IMG/VR virus record: IMGVR_UViG_2541047758_000018
Reading direction: 5' to 3' (one strand)
DNA length: 34,871 nucleotides
Origin: a virus
Lineage: Duplodnaviria; Heunggongvirae; Uroviricota; Caudoviricetes
Under the pieces are notes generated by a model. It was not told the origin of the DNA. It made no database searches and saw only the letters and a program-made list of their open reading frames with translations. How positions within the stretch are numbered: position 1 is the first letter of the stretch; the number at the start of each line of letters is the position of its first letter. The position numbers were made by a program, and so were the translations under genes. Shown one piece after another: positions 7,129-18,034 of the stretch.

Positions 7129-9871
7129 TCTTATCCGTCAGGTTATCAGTGCGTCTGAAAACAACTGGCCTCATGTGCTGGGCTGCCTGAACATAAATGT
7201 CCCTGACTCTCCGCGCCGTCATGCTCCCTGCCCTGCATGTGGGGGCAAAGATCGATTCCGATTCGACGACAACGGGCGCGGTAGCTTCATCTGTAATCAG
7301 TGCGGCGCTGGTGATGGGCTGGATTTAATTAAACGCGTAAATAACTGCGACACAACAGAGGCGGCGTTGCTTGCCGCTGATGTTCTGGGTATTGATTACC
7401 GGACAACGGAAACACCAGAAGCCACCAGCCAGAAACGGGAACAACTGGAAACCGAGCGCCAGCGACGCGAACAGGAGCGCCTGAAAAGGGCAGAGAAGGA
7501 CGAACAACAAAGACGGGATACGTTTTCCCGTCAGTTTGATGACATGCGCAGAAAGGCTGTAAACGGCAAATCTGATTATCTGGTTGCGAAAGGGGTAGGT
7601 GATTTTACATTCCCCGTGTTGCCCGATGGATCTCTGTTGCTGGCGCTGGTGGATAAATCCGGCGCAGTCACAGCAGCACAGACTATTACCTCACATGGTG
7701 AAAAAAGACTCCTGACAGGTTCAGCAAAGCGAGGGGCATATCACGCCATAAACGCACCAGAAACAACACAGAGCATCTTAATCGCAGAAGGGCTGGCAAC
7801 GGCATTATCTGCCCATTTAATTCGTCCAGAGGCGCTGACAGTGGCGGCGATTGATGCCGGGAACCTGTTATATGTCGCCCAGGTACTGCGGGATAAATTT
7901 CCTTCAGCACAAATCATCATTGCTGCGGATAACGACCACAGCGAAGGAAGACAAAACACGGGGAGAATAGCAGCAGAAAAAGCAGCTTTATCTGTTTCTG
8001 GATGGGTGGCATTACCCCCGACAGATCACAAAGCAGACTGGAATGATTACCACCAAAAACACGGCATTAAATGCGCCACAGAAGCGTTCAATAAGTCAAT
8101 GTACCAACCACAGGGTAATGGCGTGAAACAGGAGCCACAGACCATTGAGGGAAGCGATTTTAAGGTTATGGATACCGACCCACTGAAACCAAGAATAGAA
8201 AGCCGCGAGGATGGTATTTATTGGGTATCTCCGAGAGCTGACAGCCAGAGTGGAGAAATCATCAATAACGAAAGCTGGTTATGTTCTCCGTTAAGCGTTA
8301 TCGGTACTGGCAGAGACGATAAAGACCAGTATCTCATTCTTCGCTGGCTGTCGTTTGGTTCTGAAACGCCGACAACCGCTGCCATTCCACTGGCTGATAT
8401 TGGTGAACGTGAAGGATGGCGCACACTTAAAGCTGGTGGGGTAAATGTCACGACCAAAAGCAGCCTCAGAGCAATACTGGCAGACTGGCTACAACGCAGT
8501 GGCTCTCGTGAATTGTGGCGTGTTGCTCATGCCACTGGCTGGCAATGCGGAGCGTACATCATGCCTGATGGGGAAATCATCGGAACACCTGAAAATCCTG
8601 TGCTGTTCAGCGGGAGAAGCTCAGCCGCAGCCGGATATACCGTCTCAGGGAGCGCGAAAAGCTGGCGTGATAACGTGGCGCGTCTGGCCTTTGGTAACTA
8701 TTCAATGATGACCGGGATCGGCGCAGCACTGGCAGCGCCATTGATTGGGCTGGTGGGCGCTGACGGGTTCGGCATTCATTTCTATGAGCAGTCGAGCGCA
8801 GGTAAGACCACCACGGCAAACGTGGCGAGCAGCTTATACGGCAACCCTGATTTACTGCGGCTGACGTGGTACGGAACCGCGCTGGGGCTGGCAAATGAAG
8901 CTGCCGCCCACAATGACGGACTAATGCCGCTTGATGAAGTTGGTCAGGGCGCTGATCCTGTCAGTGTTTCACAGTCTGCCTATGCGTTATTTAACGGTGT
9001 AGGGAAACTGCAAGGCGCTAAAGATGGTGGAAACCGGGATCTAAAACGCTGGCGTACAGTGGCAATCAGCACCGGAGAAATGGATTTAGAAACATTTATC
9101 GCTACTTCCGGGCGAAAAACCAAAGCCGGGCAACTGGTGCGACTGCTGAATATTCCGTTGAGTAAAGCAGTACGCTTTCACGATTACCAGAACGGAAAAC
9201 AGCACGCAGACGCACTGAAAGACGCTTACCAGCATCACCACGGCGCGTCCGGGCGTGAGTGGATTAAATGGCTGGCAGACCACCAGCAACAGGCTATTAA
9301 AACTGTTCGTGATTGCGAAAGCAGATGGAGAAGCCTGATCCCATCCGATTATGGTGAGCAGGTTCACCGTGTAGCCGCGCGATTTGCCATTCTGGAGGCC
9401 GCATTGTTGTTAGGCGAGGTTGTAACAGGCTGGGATGCTCAGACATGCCGTGATGCGATACAGCACAGCTATAACGCATGGTTGCGCGAGTTCGGCACAG
9501 GTAACAAAGAGCATCAGCAGATTATTGAACAAACGGAGGCATTTCTTAATGCCTATGGGCTTAGCCGTTTTGCACCATTTCCATACAGCCCGGCAGATTT
9601 GCCCATCAAAGATTTAGCCGGATACCGTCAGCGTGGAGAACATGACGAAAGTCCAATGATTTTCTACACATTCCCGGCCACATTTGAAAAGGAGATCGCA
9701 TGTGGTTTCAACGCAAAACAGTTTGCTGAAGTGTTGAAAAAAGCCGGGATGCTAACCCCACCAAACAGCGGTCGTGGATACCAAAGAAAATCACCACGTA
9801 TTCAGGGACGACAAATAAACGTTTATGTACTCAATTACCAGCCAGGAGATTACAACTCATCTGAAGAATGA
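7115..9871 (+). CDS. Primase-helicase (P4 alpha-like: zinc-ribbon + Toprim + DUF927/P-loop)
   Basis: CPACGGKDRFRFDD...FICNQCG zinc ribbon. Toprim signature IAEGLATALS ... IIAADNDHSEGRQNTG. Walker A-like YEQSSAGKTTTA followed by MPLDEVGQ (Walker B-like). ATG at 7115; a GTG at 7112 is the alternative start. Confidence 0.88.
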   Translation: MRNIDLIRQVISASENNWPHVLGCLNINVPDSPRRHAPCPACGGKDRFRFDDNGRGSFICNQCGAGDGLDLIKRVNNCDTTEAALLAADVLGIDYRTTETPEATSQKREQLETERQRREQERLKRAEKDEQQRRDTFSRQFDDMRRKAVNGKSDYLVAKGVGDFTFPVLPDGSLLLALVDKSGAVTAAQTITSHGEKRLLTGSAKRGAYHAINAPETTQSILIAEGLATALSAHLIRPEALTVAAIDAGNLLYVAQVLRDKFPSAQIIIAADNDHSEGRQNTGRIAAEKAALSVSGWVALPPTDHKADWNDYHQKHGIKCATEAFNKSMYQPQGNGVKQEPQTIEGSDFKVMDTDPLKPRIESREDGIYWVSPRADSQSGEIINNESWLCSPLSVIGTGRDDKDQYLILRWLSFGSETPTTAAIPLADIGEREGWRTLKAGGVNVTTKSSLRAILADWLQRSGSRELWRVAHATGWQCGAYIMPDGEIIGTPENPVLFSGRSSAAAGYTVSGSAKSWRDNVARLAFGNYSMMTGIGAALAAPLIGLVGADGFGIHFYEQSSAGKTTTANVASSLYGNPDLLRLTWYGTALGLANEAAAHNDGLMPLDEVGQGADPVSVSQSAYALFNGVGKLQGAKDGGNRDLKRWRTVAISTGEMDLETFIATSGRKTKAGQLVRLLNIPLSKAVRFHDYQNGKQHADALKDAYQHHHGASGREWIKWLADHQQQAIKTVRDCESRWRSLIPSDYGEQVHRVAARFAILEAALLLGEVVTGWDAQTCRDAIQHSYNAWLREFGTGNKEHQQIIEQTEAFLNAYGLSRFAPFPYSPADLPIKDLAGYRQRGEHDESPMIFYTFPATFEKEIACGFNAKQFAEVLKKAGMLTPPNSGRGYQRKSPRIQGRQINVYVLNYQPGDYNSSEE

Positions 9872-9894
9872 GCTTCTTCATGTGCGTAGAAAAG

Positions 9895-10009
9895 GTGTTG
9901 GTTCAGTTGGTTCAGTTGGTTCAATTTGTAAAGAGTATTGTTTTATAAGGATTTTATTCTTTTTATTGAACCAACACTGAACCAACAACACGGTATTTTG
10001 AACCAACAC
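9895..10009. repeat. Iteron cluster, candidate replication origin
   Basis: Three perfect tandem GTTGGTTCA 9-mers (9897-9905, 9906-9914, 9915-9923). A 43-bp AT-rich spacer follows, then three inverted copies TGAACCAAC (9967-9975, 9978-9986, 9999-10007). The cluster lies immediately 3' of the primase-helicase gene. Confidence 0.6.
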
Positions 10010-10327
10010 AATGTGACTGAATTGATGCGCACAACACCTGGCTGGCATCAGAGAGTGTTTTACGAGACTTTCGTAAAATCCTGTGTACAAGGGCGTGACG
10101 TTTTTGAAAGTGAGCACTACGAAATTTTCGTAGTTCAAAAAACAGCCTCTGAGAAGTTGTTATGCCTGTTCAGCAAACCATCCGCATAGCTGATCGCGAA
10201 TCAAATTACCAATGGAGCCAGAAGCAAGGGCAGAACTGAAAAGCACCTGCCGTGAAGAGTAATGCGATACCATAAATATAGTTTTTAGAGTCCATAAAAA
10301 ACCTGTCAAAACCTGACACACAGAACG

Positions 10328-10361
10328 ATGCCACCAGCTACTGAGCGGTGGCATTTTTTTT
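10328..10361 (+). terminator. Rho-independent terminator
   Basis: ATGCCACC (10328-10335), 11-nt loop, GGTGGCAT (10347-10354), then a run of T to 10361. Confidence 0.75.
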
Positions 10362-10456
10362 GTGCTATTTGTTTCATATTTTGCAATTACGATGATGAAT
10401 ATTGCGATTTGTGAAACTATAATAACTGTTGTTTTATACAGTTCTAAGGGGGCGTT

Positions 10457-10618
10457 ATGGCTATTTCAGTAAAGCCGGTATTGATAAGTGAGAAGCAAAT
10501 GGAAGCGATAAAGAAAATTCAGGAAGAGCAGCGTAAAAAATCAGGAATTGGAGTAGCGCCAACTCTGCATGAAATTGCACGAGGGTTAATAGATAAGGCG
10601 CTGGCAGGCTGTATGTGA
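10457..10618 (+). CDS. Small ribbon-helix-helix-like protein (53 aa)
   Basis: Too short for the ORF track. AAGGGGG RBS 6 nt upstream of the ATG. The translation MAISVKPVLISEKQMEAIKKIQEEQRKKSGIGVAPTLHEIARGLIDKALAGCM has a strand-helix-helix layout like Arc/CopG. Confidence 0.5.
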   Translation: MAISVKPVLISEKQMEAIKKIQEEQRKKSGIGVAPTLHEIARGLIDKALAGCM

Positions 10619-10634
10619 AAATGGATGGCATCGC

Positions 10635-11096
10635 ATGGAACTAAAATTTATTGATAACCCTGTGCGATTACAGGCCTTTCTTAACGAGCCAGGCAATACC
10701 GAAAATATTGTTGAGCCGGGGCACACGTACTACATCAAGCCTGATGCGGTATATCTCGGCATCTACGAAGGATTAGTGCTGGCTGGCGTTCATGAAGTGC
10801 GTAACTTCTGGCATAGCGTTGTTGAATGCCATGCGGTGTACGACCCCGGATTCCGTGGTGAATATGCACTGCAAGGGCATCGATTATTCTGCAAATGGCT
10901 TCTCGAAAACTCACCATTCCTTAACAGCATCACTATGGTTCCTGACACCACGAAATACGGACGGGCAATTATCCGTTTGCTTGGCGCTACCCGTGTTGGT
11001 CACCTTGATGATGCTTATATCAGATGTGGTAAACCCGTCGGCGTAACGCTTTATCAGTTAACTCGGCAACAATATAAGGAATTCAGCGAATGTTAA
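10635..11096 (+). CDS. Hypothetical phage-module protein (153 aa)
   Basis: Sits in front of the ejection-protein-like genes, and its stop overlaps the next start (ATGTTAA). It may be the P22 gp14/DUF2824-type protein, but I cannot confirm that. Confidence 0.65.
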   Translation: MELKFIDNPVRLQAFLNEPGNTENIVEPGHTYYIKPDAVYLGIYEGLVLAGVHEVRNFWHSVVECHAVYDPGFRGEYALQGHRLFCKWLLENSPFLNSITMVPDTTKYGRAIIRLLGATRVGHLDDAYIRCGKPVGVTLYQLTRQQYKEFSEC

Positions 11097-11767
11097 TTAC
11101 CCATATAGCTCATAAACATCTCAATCGTGCCGTATACGAAAAAGGCGGTGATGGTGGTGCCTCTAAAGCTCAGGCGAAGGCCCAGCAGCAGGCAATTGAT
11201 TTGCAGCGCGAGCAGTGGAATACGGTGATGAATAATCTCAAGCCGTATGCAGAAGTCGGATTGCCTGCTTTACAACAACTGCAAGGACTGATGACTCTGG
11301 AAGGGCAGAATAAAGCCGCGAATGATTTCTTTGGTTCTGGTTTATATAAAACACAGGCAGATCAGGCCCGTTATCAGAACCTTGTCTCAGCAGAAGCTAC
11401 CGGGGGGCTTGGCTCAACAGCTACCAGTAACCAGTTATCTTCCATTGCGCCCATGCTTTATAACAATTGGCTCAGTGGGCAAATGCAAAATTATGGAAAC
11501 CTGCTAAATGTCGGGATGAATGCGGCATCAGGGCAGGCAACGGCAGGGCAAAACTACGCCAATAATACCGGACAACTCTTGCAGGGGCTTGGCGCTATTC
11601 GTGCAGGTCAGGCGCAGCAGCCATCCAGTCTTGCGCGTGGTATTGGTGGGGCAGCATCAGGCGCTTTAGCGGGTGCGCAACTTGGTTCCGTTGTTCCTGG
11701 AATAGGAACTGCGGCCGGCGCTATTGGTGGTGGGCTTATTGGTCTTGTTGGGGGGCTTGGATTCTAA
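11090..11767 (+). CDS. Gly/Gln-rich internal virion (ejection/DNA-transfer, P22 gp7-like) protein
   Basis: 225 aa. The N-terminus includes EKGGDGGASKAQAKAQQQA. The C-terminus is a glycine-zipper-like hydrophobic tail, GGAASGALAGAQLGSVVPGIGTAAGAIGGGLIGLVGGLGF. Its position and composition match the first podovirus ejection protein. Confidence 0.55.
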   Translation: MLITHIAHKHLNRAVYEKGGDGGASKAQAKAQQQAIDLQREQWNTVMNNLKPYAEVGLPALQQLQGLMTLEGQNKAANDFFGSGLYKTQADQARYQNLVSAEATGGLGSTATSNQLSSIAPMLYNNWLSGQMQNYGNLLNVGMNAASGQATAGQNYANNTGQLLQGLGAIRAGQAQQPSSLARGIGGAASGALAGAQLGSVVPGIGTAAGAIGGGLIGLVGGLGF

Positions 11768-13086
11768 TGGCGACATGGCAACTTGGCGGGCTGCCTAGCA
11801 TGGCACCGCAAAATGATAATGCTCCTCGTTCTTCCGTTCCTCAGCCTGTGCAGTATCAGCAGCAGCCAAACGTAGGTTTAATGGCGCTACAGGGGCTAAG
11901 AGGCGTTGCTGAGATTAATCAGCAGGCGCAAATTTCCCAGCAGTTAAAAGAATATCAGGCACGGTTGGGTAGTGCGGTAGCTAATAATGATCGTGTTGGC
12001 GTGCAGAAGTTAATGGCCCAGTATCCCCAGTTTATGGCTGATTCTCAAAAACAGATGGGATTCATTGATGCTGAGCAAAATCGACAGACCGCTGACGCTG
12101 CCATGAATCTGCGTCTTGCGTCACAAACTGGAGATCCACTGACCATGCAGAAGGCCATTCAGCAGGCAAATCCAGTATTACAGCGATTTGGTCTTCCTGC
12201 TGAAGAGGTTTATCAGTCTTGGCAGAATGACCCACAGGAATTCAACAGAATCACTGACCTCATCCACCTCCATGCTGATCCAAATAGTTACTTTAGTGTT
12301 CAAGAGAAGCAGCAAGGGCAGAGCATTGCACAGCAGAACGCAGATACATCCGCATATAATGCTCAGGTTAATGCGGAACAGGGTAATCGACGTCTCGATA
12401 TGGAGCAGTTCAAAGTCCTATCCGATAACCAACTACGCACGAGAGAAATGGTTCTGAAAGCACGACTTGGACGTGCTCAAAATGACATCGAGAGAGACAA
12501 GCTCAATGCTGAACTGAGCAAGGTACAGCAGGCGAAAGTGGAGAAGATGAACGATAAAATTAATACTGTTGCAGGTAACATCGACTCCTTGAACTCTGCG
12601 CTTGAAGTGGGTCATGAACTGGCGGGAATTGTAGGGAAACATCCTTCGGCCGTTACCCGCTCGCAGAACTATAACCCCCTGACGCTGGGGTTTGGATTCC
12701 TTCCTGATGTAGCAGAAGACACACGAAGCCTACGCGCCAAAGCTGATGAATACAACCTAAAGGTTATTCTGCCTAGCCTCAAAGGGACTTTTGGCTCTAA
12801 CCCAACCGAAGGGGAAAGGGCTGCCCTTATGCAATCTCAAAATGGCATTAAGTCAGCAACCAGCAATGAGGCATTTTTGCGAGAGTTGAATAAAGCGCAG
12901 GACGTAATTATTCGAATGCAGAAACGACAGATTGCCGGGCTCGGTATTCCTGTAACCAAATCTAAGGACGAAGAAACTGATACCAAAATGCTGTTGCAGG
13001 ATCCTTCACTAGTTAAGGATTATGTGACCGCACATGGCTATCTGCCGGAAAGTTACTATCAGGCAAAACTTAAGGGATGGCAATGA
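11767..13086 (+). CDS. Gln-rich internal virion (ejection, P22 gp20-like position) protein
   Basis: 439 aa with 1-nt start/stop overlap. It is Q/N-rich and looks coiled-coil. It is the middle gene of the three-gene ejection set. Confidence 0.5.
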   Translation: MATWQLGGLPSMAPQNDNAPRSSVPQPVQYQQQPNVGLMALQGLRGVAEINQQAQISQQLKEYQARLGSAVANNDRVGVQKLMAQYPQFMADSQKQMGFIDAEQNRQTADAAMNLRLASQTGDPLTMQKAIQQANPVLQRFGLPAEEVYQSWQNDPQEFNRITDLIHLHADPNSYFSVQEKQQGQSIAQQNADTSAYNAQVNAEQGNRRLDMEQFKVLSDNQLRTREMVLKARLGRAQNDIERDKLNAELSKVQQAKVEKMNDKINTVAGNIDSLNSALEVGHELAGIVGKHPSAVTRSQNYNPLTLGFGFLPDVAEDTRSLRAKADEYNLKVILPSLKGTFGSNPTEGERAALMQSQNGIKSATSNEAFLRELNKAQDVIIRMQKRQIAGLGIPVTKSKDEETDTKMLLQDPSLVKDYVTAHGYLPESYYQAKLKGWQ

Positions 13087-15414
13087 TGGCACAACTGACA
13101 GAAAAACAGAAAGCCTATTCCCGTCATCTCGATGAAAAATATGGTTTCCCATCAGGGACGATGGAAACATTAGTTGGCAATGAATCTAGTGGTAACGGAA
13201 GTGCCGAGTCACCGAAAGGAGCTAGAGGATTTGCTCAACTGATGCCCTCAGTAATGAGTGATGCTGGTTATCGTGGAACAGATCCGCGCTCACTGCCATT
13301 TGAAAAGCAAATGGATATCGCAGCAAACCATCTCAATAAAGGAATGAAGCGATTTGGTGATATAGGTATGGCATTGGCTGGGTATAATTCTGGCTATGCT
13401 CGTATTAATGCCGTCAGAAACGGTAAATCTACACTGCCAGATGAAACGGCTAATTACGTAAGTAAATTTGCAGATGCTGGAATAATCCCTGATGACAGTG
13501 AAATCTTGCAGTTTGCACAAACCAGTCAACATCGCAATCTTCAGCAGCCTGACTACTCAGAGCTTGATAAAGAAATCTCTCAGGTGGGAGATATTTCTGC
13601 ATGGGAAGCAAAACGTCAGCAATTTAAGAACATAGAAGCAGGACTACCAACAGCCAGTTCATGGGAGCAGAAAAGAGCTCAGTTTCTCGCCGATGAAAAT
13701 GCCGGGGAACCGCAGCAGCAAGTAGCCAAGTCTAACCTTAATCCTGAGATGGAATATCTTTCGCCAGGACTGAAAGCTGCGCCAGAGCAGATGGCCAGAG
13801 GGATTGCTAATATACCGTTTGATGTAATGGACGCAGGCGTGGGGGTAGTCAATGCGGCGCAATCAGCCGGAGCATGGGCAGCTCAGAAGCTTGGTGTGGG
13901 TGATGGCACATACACGCCCATATCACCTGTCTTTCGCCCAGTAGACCAACCTACAGATCCATACGCGCAGGCTGGTGAGCAGCTAGCACCTTACCTTATT
14001 ACAGGATTAGGTGCAGGAAAGGCAGCTACCGCAGCTTCTTCAGTTGCCAACGCTCCACGTGCTGAACGTGCGGCCACAAAGGTGGCTAGTATGTTGGCAG
14101 AAAACCTGCCAGGTACATTGGTGAACGCCCAAAAGAACGGGCAGATCAGCCCAGAAGACCTAGCAAAAGAGACAGGTATTGGCCTAGCAGGATCGCTAGG
14201 AGCACGCGCTTTAATAAAGAGCGGACAGACAGCCAGTGACGTAATGCGAGATGTATTGCGGAGTAATACAAATCAATCAGGCCATGTGTTAGGGGCAGCA
14301 AATACTCTGGAAACCGCCAATGATGTATCGAAAGCAGCGCGTTCTGCCGTAGGCCGAGAGCATATCGCATCGCAGGCATCAAACGTCAGAGATGATGTCG
14401 CTAAGGCGGCGAAAATCACTGGTATTAATATCAACACCCTGACGCCTGGAATGCGCTCAGGTAGTCGTGGAATTGCCCAAGCAGAAGGTGTTCTGGCATC
14501 AACTCCTGGGAATGTTCAGGATGCTCACCTTACGGCCTTCAATGAAATATCCTCAAAGTTGAATAAGCAGTTGTCTGATTTCGGTGCTGAGTCTGGAAGC
14601 GCATCAGAAAAAAGCGCAGCAATTAAAGAGCGCATCATCGCGAGCCTCAGTGATATGAAAACAGCAGAGAATATGGCATGGGCAGAACTGCGAAGCACGA
14701 TGCCACGCGAAAGGATGAAAATGAGTAATGGGATGGCTGTCGTCCAAGCAGAAAAAGCAGCCAATGTTCCACTCAGCCCGGAGATGAAACAGTTTCAGGC
14801 TGCCAACAACCAAGGTGGCGGCATAACCTTCGACGGGATGAAGGCATGGCGTGCTAAGTTTGCTGATGCTGAACAAGCAAACACCCGGGCAGGTAAGGCC
14901 AATGCCGCCCGGATTGCCGGAGAAATGCGCAGAGCTATCACTGATGACATGCGCATCATGGCTGAAAAAGGAAACTTCCTCACAGAATGGCAGAAAGCTA
15001 ACGATCTCTCTAAAAGTTACATTATCGCCAAACAAAATGCCGAATCTGTTTTTGGTCGAGATCTCGCATCAGACGCTATGGTAAGAAAAGGTGCCGATAC
15101 GCTTAAGGCATCCGCAAACACTGGAACGGGAGCTTTTCACCGTCTTATCTCCGCGCTGCCGGAAGCAGAACGCCAACCTGCAATAGCATCTATTCTTCAG
15201 CATGCTGTGGCGCAGGGAGAGAAGGGAGGAATCGGTGAAGAGTCAGGTATCCAGTATTTTGCCAAGCTCATGACCCAGCAGAATGTAAACGCCATCAGTC
15301 GTCATGCGCCAGATCTCGGTAGAATGATGAAAGAGTTCGGTGTACTCGCTAAAGCCAGTACCAGACCGCAGCGATACGTAGAGCGCACGGGAAGAACAAC
15401 TGAGGCTCTCAAAA
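13077..15414 (+). pseudogene. SLT-domain internal virion/ejection protein, 3'-truncated by IS911
   Basis: N-terminal lytic transglycosylase motif: NESSGN...GARGFAQLMP...AGYNSGYARI. The native reading frame runs straight into the IS911 inverted repeat at 15415. The last 52 codons of track ORF 13077-15569 are IS-encoded. Confidence 0.75.
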
Positions 15415-15444
15415 TGAAGTGGTCAACAAAAACTGGCCACCGAG

Positions 15445-16592
<1,148 letters not shown>

Positions 16593-17052
16593 TATGGCAC
16601 CTGTGTTGTTCTGAGGTGAGCATATCACCTCTGTTCAGGTGGCCAAATTCAGTAAACCACTTCAGTTCCTGGAGATGATTCGTTGCTTGTGAGCAAGAGG
16701 TGGTCCGCTTTACTGGACAAGTTTTGCATTTGTTGAGTGGTGAAATGGAAGTAAAAAGAGCCCCTTTCTGGCAATGACTGAAAAAGTCAGTAGCGTGTGA
16801 CAGTAAAAACTAACATAAAGTGATTATCGTATGATTATGACAATGACTTATAACTTTTATGAAAAGAACAACAGAAACTATGAAACCATAGCAGATTCCT
16901 GAGACCATGTTTTTTGAGGTAGAGAAAATAATTCAAGAGTAAACCAGTTTGTTTTTTGATCAGTAAAGAACCATGCCTGATGTGAAAACGGGTAATCAAC
17001 ATTCAGTCTGCATGAGTGTCTGAGAATGTTGCTAATGTCGGTATGATACTAT

Positions 17053-17195
17053 ATACACATATTTTACTAAGTATTTTTACTAAGCATTTCAGTAAGTGTT
17101 ATACACGTATTTTCTACTAAGTGTTTTACCAGACATACACGTATTTTCATAAACACTTCTACAAGTGTTTTCATTAAGTATTGTTATACACATTG
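17053..17195. repeat. Array of degenerate short direct repeats in ORF-free AT-rich DNA
   Basis: ATACAC(A/G)TATTTT occurs at 17053, 17101 and 17135, with a partial copy at 17186. ACTAAGT(A/G)TTTT-like units occur at 17066, 17079, 17091, 17116, 17161 and 17173. An embedded palindrome is AAACACTT/AAGTGTTT (17151-17170). Confidence 0.7.
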
Positions 17196-18034
17196 CTTTG
17201 TCTGACACACATCCAGTTTAGTAAATCTTTACGTTAGCTAAAATCAGTTTAAAGCTGCTACAAAGCAATCTTTCCTGTTTAAGCAATCAAGATGACATTC
17301 TGTTTTTCTGAAGTTACGTTTAACCTTTTCTGAGTTTTTGTGTTTTTGGTCGTTAACCGGAGAAAAGTATCTTTACGTAAAAACGCAAATCCGACTGAGA
17401 TAACCTGGCGTGATTTACGGAGTGCTTACGACGATTTAGTTAAATGGTTTTATGGATGATTTTGTAGCGATGAGGTTGATGAGATGATTAACTGGCCCTG
17501 GTGTTTTTTTTTCTCAGAGCAAGGCTCTTTTCAGAAAAAGCGTGATGATTGGTTCTGGTGTTTTGATTCAGATGAGGTTTACGTTATCGATGGTTAATCG
17601 CTTTTATGGTGCGTAGTGAAACGTAACATTTTCAGGATGAGAAAATCGATTCTGATGTTAGTGGTTTTTGTTCTTGGGGTGGGGTTATCTGTAAACAGGT
17701 TTTAAACGCGCTATTCGGCTCTGTGATTGAGTTGTGTGGTTAAGCTATAGGTTTTGGTGTTGTTGTTGATTCACAGCGCCAGAAATCGTTCTGATTGCGT
17801 TTTTGATGTTTTGTTTGCACGTTCTGTTGATCCGTTTCCCTTCTGACTTTTCTCGTCGTCCATGCCGTTTTTAAATTCATTTGCTGTTGTTGTGTTTTTT
17901 TACCATCTTTTCGTTTGTAGGGGATTCCATTTTTATCCGGAGTAGGTTGTGTTGCTCAATGGTGGGAGTTCGTAAAGTTTTACCGCGGTGATTAATGATG
18001 TGAAGTCAATCCAAATCAATGGAGATCTCTCATC

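Noticed and set aside
9878-10189. ORFs 9878-10138 (-) and 9938-10189 (+) after the primase gene
   Set aside because: Both are built on the iteron and AT-rich spacer sequence. Neither has a convincing RBS, their peptides are repeat-derived (PTEPTEPT from the 9-mers), and they overlap each other on opposite strands.
10160-10354. Minus-strand 64-aa ORF overlapping the terminator at 10328-10361
   Set aside because: It would start inside the terminator hairpin. The peptide looks non-protein-like (W/S/L-rich) and has no RBS.
13290-15084. Antisense and alternate-frame ORFs within the SLT ejection-protein gene (for example 14604-15035, minus strand, 143 aa)
   Set aside because: They are embedded in a long, compositionally coherent sense ORF. 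They have no RBS and their sequence is low-complexity.
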